NCBI RefSeq assembly: GCF_009834535.1
Contig: NC_045707.1
Location: forward strand, 45,696,001 to 45,760,000
Direction: 5' to 3'
DNA from: Camelus ferus
Taxonomy: Eukaryota
DNA: 64,000 nt
Positions 26,503 to 40,297 of this stretch are shown piece by piece (position 1 is the first letter of the stretch; each line of letters starts with the position of its first letter). The notes below the pieces were generated by a model that was not told the DNA's origin, ran no database searches, and was given only the letters and a program-made list of their open reading frames with translations. The translations under genes and the position numbers were made by a program.

Positions 26503-27565
26503 GTATGTGCTTTGAGATATATATGACTCTTTTAACTGACTGTTGTGTATGATGCTCGCATGACTTAGAGATCATCCAGAGAGTGCACAGAAGGCTAGTG
26601 AGAATGCAGAAATGATCAGCTTGAATCACAACCTTCTGTAGTACCCCCTTGACTGCAGGTCTTTCTGTAACAGCAGGTTATAACTGCATATCTTCTTATA
26701 ACTGTTGGATTGTCCTTATTGTTATTTTTAGTGCAGTTAAAAATTGGATACTCTCACACTGAGGTGGTCAAATCATCCACCATATGAGTTATGGGATTAT
26801 AAATTTAATTCTTGCATTTAAGAAATTTATAACTTACTTGAGAAGATGGGATATATAATATCCATCATTTAAGACCGAATAGAATAACAACCATAAATGA
26901 GACAGCCTAGTATGGTAGGGAAAGCACGAACTTCGAAAAAAATCAAAACTGATTCCAAACTTTGGCTCTACTACTTGCTTGCTTTGTGACCTTGGGAAAA
27001 TTACTAAGCCTTTCTGAGCCTGCTTCCTCCCTTACAAAAGGGAAAAATGATAACCGATTCATAAAATTATAAAAATTCAGTAAAATAATGTGCATTAAGT
27101 GCTTGTTTAAATTCCTGGTATATCATGGGCACTTAGTAAATGTTAATTCCCTTCAAGCAATTTTTCAGCTCAACAAATGTTTGTTCAATGCTCTGTGGCA
27201 AGCACAGTATTGGCTACTGAGGATACAAAAATTAAAAAGCCACTGTCCTTCTTACTATGGAGCTCGTAGTCCAGTGGGGAGAGCTGCTGCCTGAGGCTCC
27301 CAGAGAAGTGTGATATGTGAGCTGGGCTAAAAGTAGGAGGGATTTTGATAGAGGTAAGGAGGAAGAGGATAAAGAAGTTCCAGGGAGGAGGAATACTATT
27401 AGTAAAGGTAAAGGTTTGGAGCATAAGCTACCTGTAGACCTGATTTTTAGTTCTGCATCTTCCATTATAACTTGGGTTAATTGCATCTGATAGGAGAGAG
27501 GACTGCATTAGATCAGTGGCTCACAACTCTGGCTGATGCCTTAGATGCATGGAAAAAAAAATTTC

Positions 27566-27990
27566 TGGGGGCGTGGCCGGGGTCGGGGCGGACGTGGCCG
27601 TGGCGTGTGGCGGCGGGCGCGTGAGCTTGGAGGGCGCGTGAGCCTGGAGGCCTGAGGGCCTGCGGCGGGTGGGGACCGAGGCGGGGCGTCGGGCAGCCGT
27701 CGGGGGAGAGGGGGTTTACGGTTTCTGCGGGTAGCTTTTGCTTCCCTTCAGTTCCAGGTCGCCTCCAAAGGTTGAGGGTAATATCCGTCCCCTCTCGGCC
27801 GTGGCGCTTCGCGAAGCCCGGGAGATGGAGCCCGAGTCTAGCGGGGCCCCCGCAGCTTGCGGCGGTCCACATACGGAGACGTCTTTCCTTTCCTCCCTGC
27901 AAGCCTGAAAGTATGGGGTGGAGGGCAAGGCATGGGACGTTTGATAGTTCGGTGAAATTAAGAGGACTCAGATTTCGCAAAGCGATTTCC
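27566..27990. promoter_or_regulatory. CpG island with GC boxes (candidate promoter)
   Basis: Roughly 35-40 CpGs by eye in 27566-27900. GGGGCGTGGC 27568, GGGGCGG 27585, duplicated GGGCGCGTGAGC (27615, 27632), palindrome GCTTCGCGAAGC 27806-27817. Activity is inferred only. Confidence 0.7.
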
Positions 27991-28427
27991 AACTTGTTGG
28001 AGTAAATGCTCAGTAATGTTCAGCTGAAATGTAGCTCAAGTTTTTAAAGCATGGCGTGGTTTTTAATGGCTGAAGGACTCGCAGTTTTTTCTCTTGAAAG
28101 TTACCCATTCGTGTTGATTAATATTTCCAAACTTACACGAAAAGCAAGGACCCACGCTCACCGCCCTCGCAAAGTTGACAGAGGGAGAAAGGCTCTCTCT
28201 TTTGCTTAGTATTTGTTACCTCTCTGCGGGTCAGAAAGGTAACTAATTTTTTGGAAAACCTGTTAGATCCTGTAATAAGTAATAAAATCCGAGCTTGATT
28301 GAGTTCTAGAATTTTTAGGGAAAACCAATGTCTCCCAAATGTTTGCTGTAGTATAATAAAGACAGCATCATTAAGGAATAGCAATACAAAAAAAAAAAAA
28401 AAAAAAAGGAGAAAAAAAGAAAGAAAG
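27570..28427 (+). mobile_element. Retrotransposed (processed) copy of a CpG-rich, apparently non-coding transcript, inserted in a MER5-like element
   Basis: 19-bp direct repeats with 2 mismatches at 27551-27569 and 28428-28446; AATAAA 28355-28360; A20 at 28388-28407 plus a degenerate A-rich tail. MER5-like halves flank it at 27514-27569 and 28435-28503. Confidence 0.75.
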
Positions 28428-31400
28428 GGAAAAAATGATTTCTGGGCCCCACTCTAGAACAATTAAATCAGAATTTCTAAGAGTTAGACCCAGCATCAGT
28501 ATTCTCCTTACATCAACTTTATTATGATATATTTTACATACAATATAATGCACTCATTTTGTTACAGTCCCAGTGACTTGACAAACGTGTATCCTCATGT
28601 AACCACCGCATAGTAAGATAGAAAACATTGCCATCACCCCAAAAAGTTTCCTTTGGCCCTTTAGCTGTAAGTTCCTCTAGCCTCATCTCCAGGCAATCAC
28701 TGATCTGCTGTAACTATAATCTAAAATCATCTTAAAGGAATCATACGGTAAGCATTCTTTTGTCTCGTTATTTGGGATAACTTTTTTTTAAAAAGCTTCC
28801 CTAGATAATTTTAATGAGAAGCAATGGACTGGATGATCTCACAGGACTCTTCCAGCTAAAAAAAAAACAAAAACAGAAACTGTGATTTCATCTGCTAGTC
28901 TAGAGGTACTTTATACAAGTTGCATTTTAGGAATAGCAGGTACGATGGCTGTTGTAATAATTATGATAATGCTAACACTACTATTTATGAAGCTTTTTCT
29001 ACATGCCCAGGCACTGTGCTAAGTTTTTCATATGTATTTTCTTGTCTAAATACCCACAGCAGCCAAGTGGGTAGAAACTAATGTCATCTCTAATAACAGA
29101 GGTGGAATCTGAAACTTAGATTAAGTAACCTGTCCAAGGTCAAGAAACTAGCAAGCAGTGGGGTCAGAATTCAAACCCACATTTTTCTCATGATAAACAG
29201 AGACTTTGCTTTTAATTAAAATTTTACAAGAGCTCCTACAAGGTGAAGTCTCAGCTCTGCTACTTCAGACATTCTTCAGAAGTATAAAGTGATGCCAGAT
29301 GAATGCTTTCAGCTTGTTGATGAGTTCCAGCTGGGGAGAAGAAATTAATTTAAAGGCACATTTAGCAAGAAGGGCATAAGGCAAAGAGCCTCTTACCTTA
29401 ATACGAAAAGTAAGCTGGTTTGTTCCAAGTGTTCAAATGACAGTTGAGACAAGAGAAGCAGACTCTGGACAAATGAGATGGGGCAGAGGCTACATCTGTC
29501 CATGTCTTTTGAGATAGATACTAAATAGAGAAAGGGTAGCCCATCCACTGATTTCACTAAAGTAACTTCCTCAGATTTCAACTCACATACACACACAGAA
29601 AATCTGTTTTCAGTTTTCAAAATGCACATCCCTGTCACTATGAACAATGAACAATGAGTCTTATTCTGTGGTAGGGAAGTCTTCCCACAGTACCTGGCAG
29701 GTGATCAAATATCACCCTGCTCCTGCAAGCGTATTTGATCCTGTGAGTCTTGGCAGACTGTGCGTGGTTGGTTTATAGTCTGTGCTTCCTATAAATTTAC
29801 TAGTGGCTTAAAAAGGCATCAGCACAATAAAAATGTATGTCCTCCTTAAATTGCACTCATCTGTGACATCCAAATCAAAGACTTAGCTCAGTTCCTTCCA
29901 GTTCCCTGTAAGAGAATATTAGCAATTATTTGTGATCACCTAAAACGAAAAGGTTCCTACTCAAACACTGGCTGTCAGTGTCTGGCTGTCAAGCCAAGAG
30001 CAGGACTAAGGCCTCAACCTGCCTAGCTGACTGTCCACTTGGTGACAGTGTTGATCTGTCTGAAATAAATGTACTTTGTCCCTGAGTCAGCAAATGCTGG
30101 GAAAGATTGCAGCCAGATGGCATTCTGAGGGCCTTGGGGAGGCTCTGCCTTTCTTCCAGGAGCAAGGCAGAATGATTCTGTTTTCTTTATCTTACAAGGG
30201 AAAATGTGAGGTGGAGAATTGTTCTGTTATCATGTTGGGCCTGAGTTTCTTTGAGCAAAGCAGTACAGAGAATGGATGTGACTGTCCATAATAAATTAAC
30301 CTGTATTTTCCTGATAATTTAATGAAGGCAGAAAGCTTGCAAAAAGCATTGTGGAAAGTCAGCTGAAAATTCATTTGAGCGGTTTACTTAGATGCATTGG
30401 GATGGAACAATTCTTTGCTGGAGGTATTCATTCTAATGCAAACGTGCTGGGGTATGGGATGTGCATTACCCAGGGCCTTGAAGAGGGACAAGACTGTCTT
30501 TGTGGAGTGTTATTTACAAATTGCCGTGTCAAGGTTTTCCATTATTCTATTTGTTCTGGACACCATCCCAGTCTTCCAAAGGAGAAATAGATAGATATTT
30601 TGGTACCTAACAGAAACAGATAGGTAATACGGTAGTAAGATTAGTATGATCAGTAGAAGTGATGGAAGTTTGTTATGAACCAGTCATATCCCCATTTTAA
30701 AAGGACAAGACAGGAAGTGAGTTGAGTGCTTACTTCAGGAGGCTTTAAGCGGGTTGGTCTGGGTAAATTTTTGTTCTCTTCTATACTCCCTCCCCAAAAT
30801 GGAGAGAATGATGGTTCAAAATATTGGGATGCTTCATTATATACTGAACAATAAAGTCATGTTAATGTGGGACTCTGTCCAAATTCTTTTTTGTCAGGTT
30901 GAAGACTAAAATAGAATTATCAATTTAAGAAATTACATCACAAAGCTTTTTCAGTTTTTAAAAATTTTTTTTCTCCTTTGGTTTACTTGATATTACTTGG
31001 TCCCATCTATTTGTACCAAGTCCGCACATTTGTATTTTATTACACTTAACAAAAGTTTGTTGGTGTTTTAAGATGTTTAAAAATATACTAAAACTGCGTT
31101 TGCATTTTCTTAGGGAGTTCTCCTTGGCTTCAGAGAGCCTCAAGTGAGGGTTAGAAATACAAACAGGTTGTCTGGCTGCAGGCAGTTTGGGCTTTCGCTC
31201 CCTGGGACTCACACTGACATTGAGCAACACAGAACAAAGGGCCACGAAGGTGGAGTGGGAGGCTCTTGAGCTGAAAGAGCTTCCTTGTCTGCTTTTTGCG
31301 CACTGCAAGGCCTGACCTGCCACGCGCAGACACCCTGCACAGGACGCTCTGTAACCACAAACGTTTTGATGTTCTCTTCAATACATATTAAAGATATTTT

Positions 31401-33705
31401 ACCTGAGTTTTGGTATTCTCTACCCAGAAGAGAATTCTCATCCATTTTATCAGCAGAAGGGGGTACACAATTTATAGGAGGAGGCCCTGGGCAGGGAAAG
31501 TTGAGAACTTTCTGGGACTCACCAGAGCAGAACAGATTCTCCTGGGATGCCTCTGGTGTGTCTGCCTTCATCACCAATGAGTCACCATGAAAACAAAACT
31601 AAAAAAGAAAATGAGGCAAAGATGTGTGCACTACAGGGACTCCAGGAACACCCTTATCCGTCTATCTCGGCAGAGAGGTGCACAAGATCCATTTATCTTC
31701 CTATCTCTTCTACCTTCTTAGTTTTCCAATCACGAAAGTCTTTGGAAGCTCACATGTGCTGTTCTGTGAGAAGCACCACAGCACCACAGATTATTTGATG
31801 GGACAGTTCTATTGGTGTAATCCAATGTTTCTAAATGTAGAAAAGCATGAAGAAGGAAATAAAAATCATCCATACTCCTACTACCCAGAAATAAACACTG
31901 TTAATGTTCCTTCTAATGTTTGCATACACACACACACTGAATTCGGGTCTTAAGGCACATATAATAATAGCATTTCCCTGTATCACTAAATACTGTTTCT
32001 CCATTCTTTTATAGCAACGTTATTTATTTTTGCTGAATAATATTCCAATATATGGCTGTACCCTGATTTATTATTTAATACATCTTTTATTGCCAGTTAT
32101 TAAATTATTTTAAAGAAGAACATTAAAAAAAATAGAGCTGTCTAATGTTGGAATGCATAGCCTTGCAAATCAGTGAGCTCACCATTTCGGAGGCTAGAAT
32201 GTAATTTTCAGGAGATATCTCAGAAGGAGTTCCTACCCTGAGAGGGTGCCTTCCTTTTATTCTCTGGCCCCATTTCTCTTGGCCATTATTTTTCTTCCCA
32301 GTATTTTTCCTCTTTCCCTGTGCTTCAGTCTCACCTTAACCTCATCATCCTGGTTGTTTCCTTCCCCTTCCTTAGTGCCAGATTCAGAAAGCACTGATTT
32401 TGCACCCCTGTCTCTACCACAGGGCTTTGGAGCCAAGGAGGAGAGTCCCTTCCCTGGCCAATCTGATCAGATACTCTCTAGACCCAAGAACCTTTTCTGT
32501 TTAATAGTTGAGTAGCTTGATATCACAATATAAAAATTGTCTAGGTCTTTAATGTTCTTAAAAATGGGTAGTATTTAGGATGGGCACAAGAGAAAAAGTT
32601 GGCAGAAGAAGTTTAAACGTGTTTAAAACAAAAAAAAAATATTTAAGGGGGATGCTCTTTATGTAAGTAGCATTAGTATGTATAAATAAGAGTGAAAATA
32701 ATTCTGTTCTGTCATTAGTTACAAATTTTTAGCAACTCTATATTACTCACTAGATTACCTTGAGATCCTCAGTTCTGACTATAATTCCTTTAGGGCAGGG
32801 ACTCTGCTCCCCTTATTTTTGTTGCATCCTTTGCAGTAGCTACAGAATTAATATTCTTATAGTTGATTTGTGCTGAAAGTAAATTTAACATTTAAGATCC
32901 AAAACCAAAGAGGTACCTCAAAATTTTTCCAAAAGCCAGCATGTAGCTTTCATTTCCTATTTAGAGTCTTCCTACTCTGCCATGTTGGCCACCTCTAAAA
33001 TTTCCTATCTTGAGACTACTGTTTAATCGATACAAGTAAAACTAAGCCTGTGATTTTAAGTTCAGACAAAGAAATCTGTTGGACGTATTTCAGCAACTCT
33101 TATCATCAATCAAAGGGAATAAGCCACATTGTCCTAGGAATGCTGTGTTTACAGGGAATTATAAACACAATTCTAAATGCTTCTAATAGAACATTGACTT
33201 GCAGAGCTTCAGACTCAAATAGCAGACTGACCCACTGCTGTTTTCTTAAGTTCTTAGCGTCTTAGCTTCTCCCAAGCTGGCTGTAACTTCACACTTGCAT
33301 TGAGGAACAGTGGACTTGTTTAGAGCCAAATTGCCTAGGTTTTAGGAAAAAAGACCTTTAGATTAGTCTTTGTAGGATATCAGATGTCTCTAATGAGCCC
33401 TTTCCTTCTTAATACCTCATGGTTTTCTCTTTTGACATTGAATTTGACTCACATTTAGTACAAATGACTAATAATAACTTCTGTTAAATAACATTTTAGT
33501 CTGGGTATCTCATTTTGTTGAATTCTTATAACAGTTCTGTGGGGCCAGCAAAAGTCAATGGTGGTTTTTCTCTTCCTGACTGGGGATGCTGAGTTTGAGT
33601 GGTAAAGTGGTTTACCTGAGATTGCACAGCTAATCAATCCTGGAAGTGAACTGGCAACTTCCAATCCAATACTCTTTCTACTGCACATAAAAAATTAAAG
33701 AGAGA

Positions 33706-34326
33706 GAATGTAAAGTGATGCAGCCATTGTGGAAAACAGTATGGTGGTTTCTCAAAAAATTACACATAGAATTTTCGTATGATCCAGCAACTCCACTTCT
33801 GAGCATATAGCCAAAAGAATTGAAAACAGGGACTTGAACAGATATTTGCTTCATAACAGCATTATTCACAAAAGCTAAAAGGTGGGAACAACCAAATTTC
33901 CTTCGAGAGATGAAGGGATAAACAAAATGTGGTATATACATACAGTGCAATATTATTCAGCCTTAAAAAGAAATGAAATTTTGATATATGTTGTAACACG
34001 GATGAACCTTGAAGACATTATGCTCAATTAAATAAATGAGACACCAAATAACATATACTATATAATTCCACCTATATGCAGTACCTAGAATAGTCAAATA
34101 TATGGAGTCAGAAAATAGAACAGTGGTTACCAGGGCCTAGGCTGAAGGGAGAGTGCAAAGTTCTTGTTTAAAAGGTATAGAGTTTCTGTTGGAATGATGA
34201 AAAGGTTCTGGAGATGGATAGTGGTGGTGGTTGCACACATTGTGAATATGCTTAATGCCACTGAATTGTACTCTTAAAAATGGCTAAAGTGGTAAAGTTT
34301 GTTACGCATATTCAACCACAATAACA
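33706..34326 (+). mobile_element. Old L1 (L1MA/MB-type) 3' end
   Basis: cagccattgtggaaaacagtatgg…gttctggagatggatagtggtggtggttgcaca…cttaaaaatgg; degenerate. Confidence 0.8.
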
Positions 34327-34744
34327 AAGAAGCCAGCCGAGGTGGGGTAGGTGTGGGTACAGTCTCAGAAAAGCAGCAAACTTTGATCCCAGTCCTGGTT
34401 CTGCCTCTAACTGTTCAGGTGACCACAGATAATTAACTTTTTAGTCCTCACTTGTTTTATCTGTAAGTCATAGGGGACTGGATTAGATGATCTCTAGGTG
34501 TCCTTCCAACTCTTTAACAGTCATCAGAAAAGTGTATGTTCTGAAGGAAAGGTCATATCAGGATTTCTGTTGGGGTCCTACCTAAGGGTTGAACATTTTG
34601 TGGAAAAGACATCTCTCAGACAAGTGATAGAGAAAAACTGACATTTGCTATGCTTTTCAGAAATGAATGTGAGAGTCACCAGGCTTATTAAGATACAAGC
34701 TTGTAGGAAGAAGTCCAGATAAAAGGTCTAGGTGCTTTCTGACT

Positions 34745-34747
<3 letters not shown>

Positions 34748-34791
<44 letters not shown>
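34748..34791. repeat. (ATC)n trinucleotide microsatellite
   Basis: Directly visible, ~14 perfect units. Confidence 0.95.
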
Positions 34792-37700
34792 TAATCAGAG
34801 TCTAGAGAGGCTATACAATAAAGTTGGTAAAGCTAATTATCTCAAGTTTGGTGGGTAAAAATAATCTTTTATACAAATATAGTTTATAACTTTAAGTAAA
34901 CAAACATCATTTTAACAAGCGCCGTTTCTGATTACAAATATTTATAATTTCAAGGGTACAAGTCAATAGTCCTCGTAACTATTGCAGCAAATCTTTGTAT
35001 ATCACCAGAAAGCTCTTTGCCCTTCCTAGCAAACAGCCTGAGAAACTTGACTTCACAATGACAAGCTGCTGAATAAGTATAAACTTTATGGTAGTTTATA
35101 TGTAAATATTCATCATCTTTTTTCTATCTGTCTGTCTTTTTTTTTTCTTTTAAGAGATCTGTTTAATTTTGTTTAAATTAATTTTGTTCACATCCCCTAT
35201 CATTTAGCTACTGGTTGTCCCCAGTCTTAACATTCCACAGATCTAGTGTTCCAAGTAACATGTCTTCTAGGCTTCTGCTTGATAGGCAAGCACTGCAAGT
35301 AAGAAATGAAGATGATTTTAATGGCCTTCTTCCTGTCCCATTCCCTTTCTGCCTTTCCAGTCCTTCTGCAGTCCCGTTTCACCTTAGACACAACACTAGA
35401 GCACCACAGGCAATGACTGGAACAAATTGGGGATAAGTGCATGGGCTGTGATCATGTCATTGGTGTGGCTTAGGCTGGGGACACAGACGGGAATCACTTG
35501 AGGATCTGTGCTGTTGCCTGGTCCAAGTGACTGGGGTGTGTGTAGCCTTTTTTCTTAAATCTGTCTAAGATGTAGTGGCTTGCTGTGTATTTTGTCTTGT
35601 GAGATTCTCGGGTTTGTTGCAAAACTGCTGGGCTTGCTTCAATAATAATTTGTAGCCAGCATTGCATTAAAGAGCATAGGCCTTAGAATTTTGTCTCCTT
35701 TCTAAAAATCAGAAAGGGGAAGGATGAACTGTGAATAGGAAAACTAGTTCTTTTGATCTAGATCATGAAGGAGTGAAGATCTTGAAGAGAGCATTCCTGG
35801 TTGGGGCCACCTCTTGGAATGTTGGCCTTCCTCAGGGTTCTGCCACCAGTCCTTGTTGAATTCCACACATCACTCTTTCCCACATTTCACTGTCTCTGTA
35901 AGCTAGTGGCACTCGAATCTCCATCACCAGTCCAGATTTGTCACCTGAGGCTTGGAGCTTCTCCACTTGGAGGGGTTTTAGGTACTTCAGAGTCAACAAG
36001 TCCAAAGACAAAATTCATCAGGATCGTGAAGTGTAAGGTGAAGGCATGAGGAGAGTTGCAAAAGATGAGATTATAAATAACGCAAGGCCTTGTGAGCCAT
36101 GAAAGGAAAAAGGAGGATGAAGAGAAGGAGGAGGAAGAAAAGCATGAACTTGATCCTGAAAGCAATGAAGAACACAGAAGTATTTTAAACAGGGAGTGAC
36201 ATGATTATATATCCACAGTTTAGGAAGATCACTATCAATCCAATACAGATAATGAATTGGAAAGAGACAAAACAGTGGGCAGGGAGACAATTTTAGGTAG
36301 CTGCTGAGACAATCTGGGTGAGAAAGGAAGCAGGCAGTGGACCCAGAGAGGGGACTATGCTTGGGCCAAAATGTTGAAGGGGGAACAGAGTGCCCTGTGG
36401 TCAGTAAGGTGATGCCAGTGACAATGCCACCGTCCAAGGAACACTCCAGGGAAGAGAGCAGGGCTGCTCGGTCACCTGCTCTCTCCATCTAAAGACTCTC
36501 ATCTCACACTAACCCTCCTTCATTCCTTCCTTCCCCCAAATATTTATTGAGTGCCTATATTTGTTTCTTAATCAAGTAAAGATCTTTGGTTCCAAGCAAC
36601 AGAAACCAACTAACTTAAATGCGTGAGTGGTTTTTGAAGGATTAGAGAAATTCAGAGTCAAGGACAGACTTCATCAGCTCATTAATAAGACCCCAGGAAA
36701 GAGAGGAGCCAGGGCAGCCCCAAGGATCTCCGCAGCAGACACTTTGGACTTTCTCTCCAGCGCACAGTTGCCAGACGGAATCAGCTTCTAGTGCTGTCCA
36801 TTTCATACTTCTGCACTTTGTATGCAGCCCATGAAAGATGAAGTCTGACTAGCCTAACTTGAATCACATGTCCAATCACATGCAAAATATTATCAGAAAT
36901 TATATGTGTAGCCATGAGCTCTAACTTTGAAAAGCTCTTAATATCTGCATATCTAAATTCCATAGTGTGACGTGAATGGAAAAGCATAGCTTTGGGGAGT
37001 TCAATGACTTTGAAAATTTGCTTCCTTTCTATGATGCTTCTAGTTGGGAAGACTGGGCAACCCTTCCATCAGGACTCTTACTGGGTAAAGTACTGAGAAT
37101 CAAGCTGCTCTTTGTGCTTCGCCATTTTCCCCTGCCTGGTATCATAGAGATTGGCTAGGAGAATTGAGGAAGTGAGGCTGAGGAGGGAGAAGTGGTGTAA
37201 ACATCATATGCTTAAAAACTAAACGGCAGCTTCAGTCTTTATACTTTAAGAGCCATAGAAGACAGGCTACAGAGGCATAACTACTTACAGCCAGTGTTAG
37301 GGGCTCCTATTTCTCCTCTAAGAGGGGTGAAATACTGCATTAGAGTTTAAGGAAAGAATTAGACAGTCTGAAGATCAACTAATAATCAGGTAATTATAAA
37401 TAACTGCATTTTTCATTCTGTTTTCAAGTCTAGCACCTGCTTAAGACATGACTTTGAACTCTTTAATGTTAACTCTAAGTATGTGAATCTGGTAGAGTGA
37501 AAACCAACAGAAATACCTCGAAGCAGCAGCTGGTTTGGGCATGTCTGGTTGGGCTCTGAGGTGTTAGAATGAAGGTCCTTCCTAACCAGGAGGGTCATCT
37601 ATAAAGCTGCATTCAGAAGTTCTCCCATGACTATGGCAAGTCAGAAGGGCAATGTGGTTATCAACACTAGTGATCAAACTTTCTAGTAAGAAACACGGAT

Positions 37701-38128
37701 TTCATAATGCTGAACTTTAAGAAAAAGTCACGATGTTAGAGGGGGATGGATAATCATAGATAGGGAAATGAAACTTCTCTCAATATGGATAAAATTTACA
37801 ACTTCCCGCACCAAATCCTACCAGCCTAACTTGGATGTGAGGGCCATCAATTACCCTGTTGTCTCATTTCCAGGCTCTAATTTTACAGGAATCTTTGAGG
37901 GACTTAAATATCTTCTACCTGTATCCCTAAGAAAGAACTTGTCTTATGAAAAATTCTGGGAGCAAAATCAGTACCTACCAAGGAAATGTGAAAATTTGGT
38001 TGAGATTGATGTCACAATGGTTATTTCAAAAGCAAGAATTCTCAATGCACAGCTATTTATTATCATTTCTGGGAAAACTCTTAATGGTTCTGCTTTAAAA
38101 GCTCACCTGATTTAGTAGCCATTTTTTT

Positions 38129-38254
38129 ATTTTTTAACATTTTTTAACGAGTTATAGTTATTTTACAATGTTGTATCAAATTCCAGTGTAGAGCACAATT
38201 TTTCAGTTATACATGAACATACATGTATTCACTGTCACATTTTTTTCGCTGTGA
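38129..38254 (-). mobile_element. Very short young L1 3'-end insertion
   Basis: Same 3'UTR end as the young L1s at 2.5, 6.0 and 6.7 kb; TSD AGTAGCCATTTTTTT at 38114-38128 and 38255-38269. Confidence 0.88.
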
Positions 38255-39169
38255 AGTAGCCATTTTTTTTTAATGAAACAGACTGGTGAGCAAATTTTTG
38301 TATTTGATGAAATGAGAGCATCAGCTTTGGGGTCAGAAACTTGAGTCTGAATCTCAAATCTACCACTTCTTTTTGTGGCTTGCCTCAGTTTCCTTGTCTG
38401 TAACTTGGGGAGAAGATCACCACTCTGACTGTTGGTATGTTGTGAGGATTAAATGAGTTAGCATACCAACAGGACCTGGATTTAATGGCTAGATTTAATA
38501 CAAGTAAATGCAGTCTTTCCTGTTGCTCACAGGGTTGATGTGAGAATGTGTGTAAGTGAGAATGTGTGTTCAAATGAGAAAATGTATACAAAAACTTGGT
38601 AAATGAAAAAATATTGTATCATTATTATTTTGAGGAGTAGAAGTTACATTCACGTGTGGGTGTGGAGCTCAGTCTTTAAGACTTTGACTAGTCATGTTGA
38701 TAGAGGTAGTGGTGGTAGGGGTGGGGGAGGAGTGTGTGTCTGTGGGTCTGTGTAGAAGTGAAGGGTTTAATGGGTTCTGTGTTGAGCCCCCGGTGTATTT
38801 TTTTACTCTTATCTGAACCACAACCTTTCCTGCCCTCTTTGCCTTTTTATTCCTGGGTCAATAGCCCTCAAACTTGGCTGTCCACCCATGGAACTTGTTA
38901 AGAAATACAAGCTGCACCCCTCTCTTCCTCTCCCTCTTCCCTCTACCTACTGGTAACCACTAATTTGCTTTCTATATCTGTGCGTCTCTTTCTTTTTTGT
39001 CAAATTCACTAGTTTGTTTTATTCTGAGTATTTATTTTTTAATAGACCCTGGAGTGATTTTTATATACAACCAGGGTTAAGAGTTGGCCAGACCACTTGG
39101 CCTCTAGGAAGAGGTAAGTGTAGTTCATCTCAGGTCTGTTTTCTTTTCCATCGACACTTGCTCTGTATA

Positions 39170-40092
39170 CTCTCACCCAGTCTTGTGGCTTTAAAAACCC
39201 TCACATTAATATCCCCACATGCAGTGTTTCGTCTGAATTCTAGCTCACTGTTCCTCTTAATTCCAGCTCACTGTTCAGTTTTTCCCTTAGACGTTTGATA
39301 AATGCGCATTCTGACTTAACTTTCCCAAATAGGACTCTTTGCTTCCCCCCAAATCTGCTCCTCTCCCATGTCTTCCTCATTTCAGGAAGTGGCCCTCACC
39401 CAGTTTACTCAGACCAAAAATACTGAAATAAATCTTGACTTCTCTTTCTTCATACCCTACTTGCAGTCCATCTGCCAATCCTGTACCTTCCTGCTTCCTG
39501 ATATATCCTGAACCCAACTATTTGTACTATCTCACCAGCTCCAGGCATCATCTTTGATTTATCTCCCTGCTTCTGTTCTTGTCCCATCCACTCTCTGTCC
39601 TCTACAGAGTGACCAGACTAATCTTTATGAAATCTAAATCAGATTACAGCACTCTCCTACTCATCACATTTGAAATGAAATCCCAGATCCTTTGTATGGA
39701 CCTCAAGATGTCATGTAATCTGGCCCCTGGCTGCCTCTCTTTGCTTGCCCACTCAGCTCCTGCCACCCTGGCCTCCTTGGTGTTCCCCTCAGAGTTCCCA
39801 TTGCTGGTTGTTCTCCAGATATTTGCATGATTTATCCTTTTGCATAATCCCATCTCTAGACAAATGGCATCCCTTCAGTGACCTTCCTTTCCTGCTCTAT
39901 TTCTTACCCGCTTCATTCAATTCACAGCACTCATCACTATTTGGCGTCTTTTGCATCTACTGGTTTATTATCTGATCCCCCCACTGAAGGCAGGGACTTT
40001 GTCCTTTCTGTTCATTCCTGCATCCCAGTGCCTAAAAGACTGCCTAGAGAAATAGCAGGCTTCAATAAATATTTTTTGACTGGGTGAATGAA
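39170..40092 (+). mobile_element. L2 3' remnant
   Basis: Pyrimidine-rich L2 body ending …gggcagggactttgtc…caataaatatttt…gaatgaat. Confidence 0.7.
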
Positions 40093-40234
40093 TACTCAGT
40101 AATCCTTCCAATAGGAATGGCAAACCCATTTTTACTTTGTTTTGTCCCTTTCACTTATTAACCAAGCCTTTGTCTCAGCCCTTGGCAAAGCCCTAGGCTT
40201 TTCTACAAGGCGGGAATCCACCACCCCCATAAAA

Positions 40235-40235
<1 letters not shown>

Positions 40236-40293
<58 letters not shown>
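40236..40293. repeat. (AAAT)n tetranucleotide microsatellite
   Basis: Directly visible, ~14 units. Confidence 0.95.

Positions 40294-40297
<4 letters not shown>

Noticed and set aside
27513..27992. 159-aa minus-strand ORF over the CpG island
   Set aside because: Non-ATG start, Pro/Arg/Gly/Ala-rich composition expected from GC-rich DNA, no recognisable domain, and it runs out into the flanking MER5-like sequence.
30958..31953. Cluster of overlapping 76-122 aa ORFs on both strands
   Set aside because: Mostly non-ATG starts, no recognisable homology, and no exon is missing between pseudogene exons G and H, which join in phase.
36018..36488. 156-aa minus-strand ORF
   Set aside because: It overlaps decayed L2-like sequence, with no domain or splice support.
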